Assembly (NCBI GenBank): GCA_009785345.1
Contig: WQWL01000003.1
Span: 17,331 to 81,330 of the forward strand
Direction: 5' to 3'
DNA: 64,000 nucleotides
Origin: Oscillospiraceae bacterium
GTDB taxonomy: Bacteria; Bacillota; Clostridia; Oscillospirales; Oscillospiraceae
In this document: piece after piece, positions 62,402 to 64,000 of the stretch
How positions within the stretch are numbered: the stretch's first letter is position 1
How the letters are laid out: each line of letters opens with the position of its first letter
The notes under the pieces: generated by a model
Databases searched by the model: none
The model's input: only the letters and a program-made list of their open reading frames with translations
What the model was told of the DNA's origin: nothing
Program-made: the position numbers and the translations under genes

Positions 62402-64000
62402 TTATTCGCAGGCAATGCGGATCGCTCCACGATTGATGTTAAGATTTCCTGTTACGACGCTATCGCAGCATTCCAGGAATGTCACACCTGTTCTGACTTC
62501 AAATCTTGCGCGGTTAGCGATGGTTCCGAAGTTATTGAGAGTAGAGTTAGTCACATTCTCTACATGACCATTATTGACAAGAGCGCCACCCTCAGCAATG
62601 GTAATTGTACCGCCTCCGGCACCGCTACCTTGGTTGTTGATTCTTCCGCCCGGAAGCACGACAACGGCACCTTTAATGATAAGTTCAGCATCGCGTTGTA
62701 TATTTAATGTGGTCTCAATATACAATATCCTGTCTGCCGGCACTATAAATGGACTGTGTTGCGTAAAGATACCCAAGTTGCCACGGGTTGAAAGGACAGC
62801 ATCACCACTTTCCAACAGTGTAAGCAGGTGGTTCGGATTGGTGGCGGCAAATGGGGTTGCGGGCTCTGCTGTGGTCAGGTGGATTGATGAAAGTTGGACA
62901 TTGTTACCCATTGGGTTAACCGGTACTGCCTGATTTGGTACGTCTCCACCCCTTGGGGATTCAAGTCTGAAGTGAGTAAAAGTTCCTCTGTTTTCCACTG
63001 GGATATCGACTCTGAAGAATCTAAAATTAGCATTCCGTGAATCGTATCTCGTGCCAACATACAGTTCTACCCAATCCTCGCCTTCACCGGCACTACCTAA
63101 GAGTCTCCAACCATCGCCCATTCTGCGAAATTGTGTGGCGTTATCATTGGCAGTCTGGAATATGAAGCTATCCGCTGTTACTGGTGCTTCATACATCCAC
63201 TCAACCCAGAAATTCTGCGGCGTCGCATTGAATTTTTGATTCTGGTTCGCGGTGAATAGTTGATGAGAGTCTTCGTTGCCGTTGGCTAGCATACCAGGTC
63301 CACCACGTAAGTGTACAGGAGCATTTTCAGGGGCTACCAGAATACTGTCACCCACTGCTTCTGAAAGTGTCGCATAGCCTTCTGGTCCTTGTAAGCGACC
63401 TACCATGTGAGCCGCACCGAATTCCATGTATTGTGCCCACAATTCATCATATGTATAACCTGTTAGATTGATAAACTGTCTGCCGTCCATATGGAATCTG
63501 CCGTCCAGCTTCATGATGTTGTTTAACGCAGATTGGAAGTGTTCCCATGGGGTGTGGTCATGCCTACGGTTATACACTAGAGAGCTTTCTGCGATAAGAT
63601 TTCTGCCTTCAGGGTTTCTGTTCAGTTGCGGGAATGCCTGACTGCCAACCGTTGGATCATTTGCAAATCCGCCATAGGTATTGTTAATCCAGTTGAAGAA
63701 TGCGGCAGTTGTACTGTATCCGGCGAGGAAGCCTCTTGTATGTTGAGCATGAGCCGGATTATTGGATTGCGGGTGGAACAACGGATTAGAGGTGTTGCTC
63801 CGTCTCTGGAACATGTCAAACTTTTCCCTATCGTTGTCGGCAAGACCTTCCAATATCCACATAGGCACATAAGTAAACAACTGGAAGTTATGACTGAGTT
63901 CGTGAGTCTGAACAGCAGTCCATGGGGATGTAAACAGATGCGCACGCGCTATGCCAGCGACATTACCGGAAGCCCAACCTGTAGGCCCACCCGGCCATCC
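62402..64000 (-). CDS. Giant secreted multidomain protein, paralog 3 (5' end outside the window): BSP-like HExxH domain, discoidin-like domain, C-terminal shared module
   Basis: The frame stays open from 63880 to the window edge; my translation of 63881..64000 is GWPGGPTGWASGNVAGIARAHLFTSPWTAVQTHELSHNFQ. HELSH at 63890..63904 is followed by WILEGLAD. The ORF track Met at 63880 is internal. Confidence 0.8.
   Translation of the reverse strand, partial: GWPGGPTGWASGNVAGIARAHLFTSPWTAVQTHELSHNFQLFTYVPMWILEGLADNDREKFDMFQRRSNTSNPLFHPQSNNPAHAQHTRGFLAGYSTTAAFFNWINNTYGGFANDPTVGSQAFPQLNRNPEGRNLIAESSLVYNRRHDHTPWEHFQSALNNIMKLDGRFHMDGRQFINLTGYTYDELWAQYMEFGAAHMVGRLQGPEGYATLSEAVGDSILVAPENAPVHLRGGPGMLANGNEDSHQLFTANQNQKFNATPQNFWVEWMYEAPVTADSFIFQTANDNATQFRRMGDGWRLLGSAGEGEDWVELYVGTRYDSRNANFRFFRVDIPVENRGTFTHFRLESPRGGDVPNQAVPVNPMGNNVQLSSIHLTTAEPATPFAATNPNHLLTLLESGDAVLSTRGNLGIFTQHSPFIVPADRILYIETTLNIQRDAELIIKGAVVVLPGGRINNQGSGAGGGTITIAEGGALVNNGHVENVTNSTLNNFGTIANRARFEVRTGVTFLECCDSVVTGNLNINRGAIRIACE

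Noticed and set aside
57915-62839. The three ~435-nt near-identical module copies could be the template and variable repeats of a diversity-generating retroelement.
   Set aside because: Differences among the copies are of all substitution types and are not concentrated at adenines of one copy. The copies are three times longer than typical VR/TR pairs. All three are in-frame coding parts of paralogous genes. No reverse transcriptase gene is present in the window. Ordinary paralogy or gene conversion explains them.

Overview
This window looks like chromosome from a low-GC Gram-positive anaerobe, judged from Clostridia-like gene content and GAAAGGA-type Shine-Dalgarno sites. It is roughly 90% coding. 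I saw no rRNA, CRISPR array, transposase, integrase or phage genes. (i) 1-12.5 kb, minus strand: a complete Tad/Flp-type (type IVc) pilus operon. It contains a TadZ/CpaE-like protein, the CpaF ATPase, TadB, TadC, a small pilin candidate, two TadE-like proteins, an 872-aa TadG-like protein and a prepilin peptidase. It runs with overlapping or near-abutting reading frames into a WG-repeat membrane protein, an FHA-domain protein and a Hanks Ser/Thr kinase that is cut by the window edge. (ii) 12.9-17.3 kb: a MoxR AAA+ / DUF58 / membrane transglutaminase operon. (iii) 17.5-34 kb, mostly housekeeping: metallophosphoesterase, FtsK, UppP, MetG, GlyQS, split transketolase, a uridine-kinase-like P-loop protein, MurA, PntAA-PntAB-PntB (this PntB carries two tandem dIII domains) and an EamA transporter. 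(iv) 34-51 kb: PFK, an OmpR/HK two-component pair, Fe-ADH, two MFS transporters, tRNA-Trp, an LTA-synthase/sulfatase-like protein, two aldo-keto-reductase/ferredoxin fusions, a 5x SH3b wall protein, a sirtuin and a methyltransferase. (v) 51.5-64 kb, minus strand: a GH38 alpha-mannosidase preceded by three tandem giant secreted paralogs. These are built from BSP-like HExxH metallopeptidase domains, discoidin-like domains and a shared 145-aa Gly/Asn-rich module; one carries an 89-aa segment that is 30% cysteine. Three small, strongly structured intergenic repeat families are also present. The items most worth follow-up are the paralog array, the Tad-WG-FHA-kinase linkage, the tandem-dIII PntB and the structured repeats. 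All domain calls come from motif recognition by eye; no database search was run.
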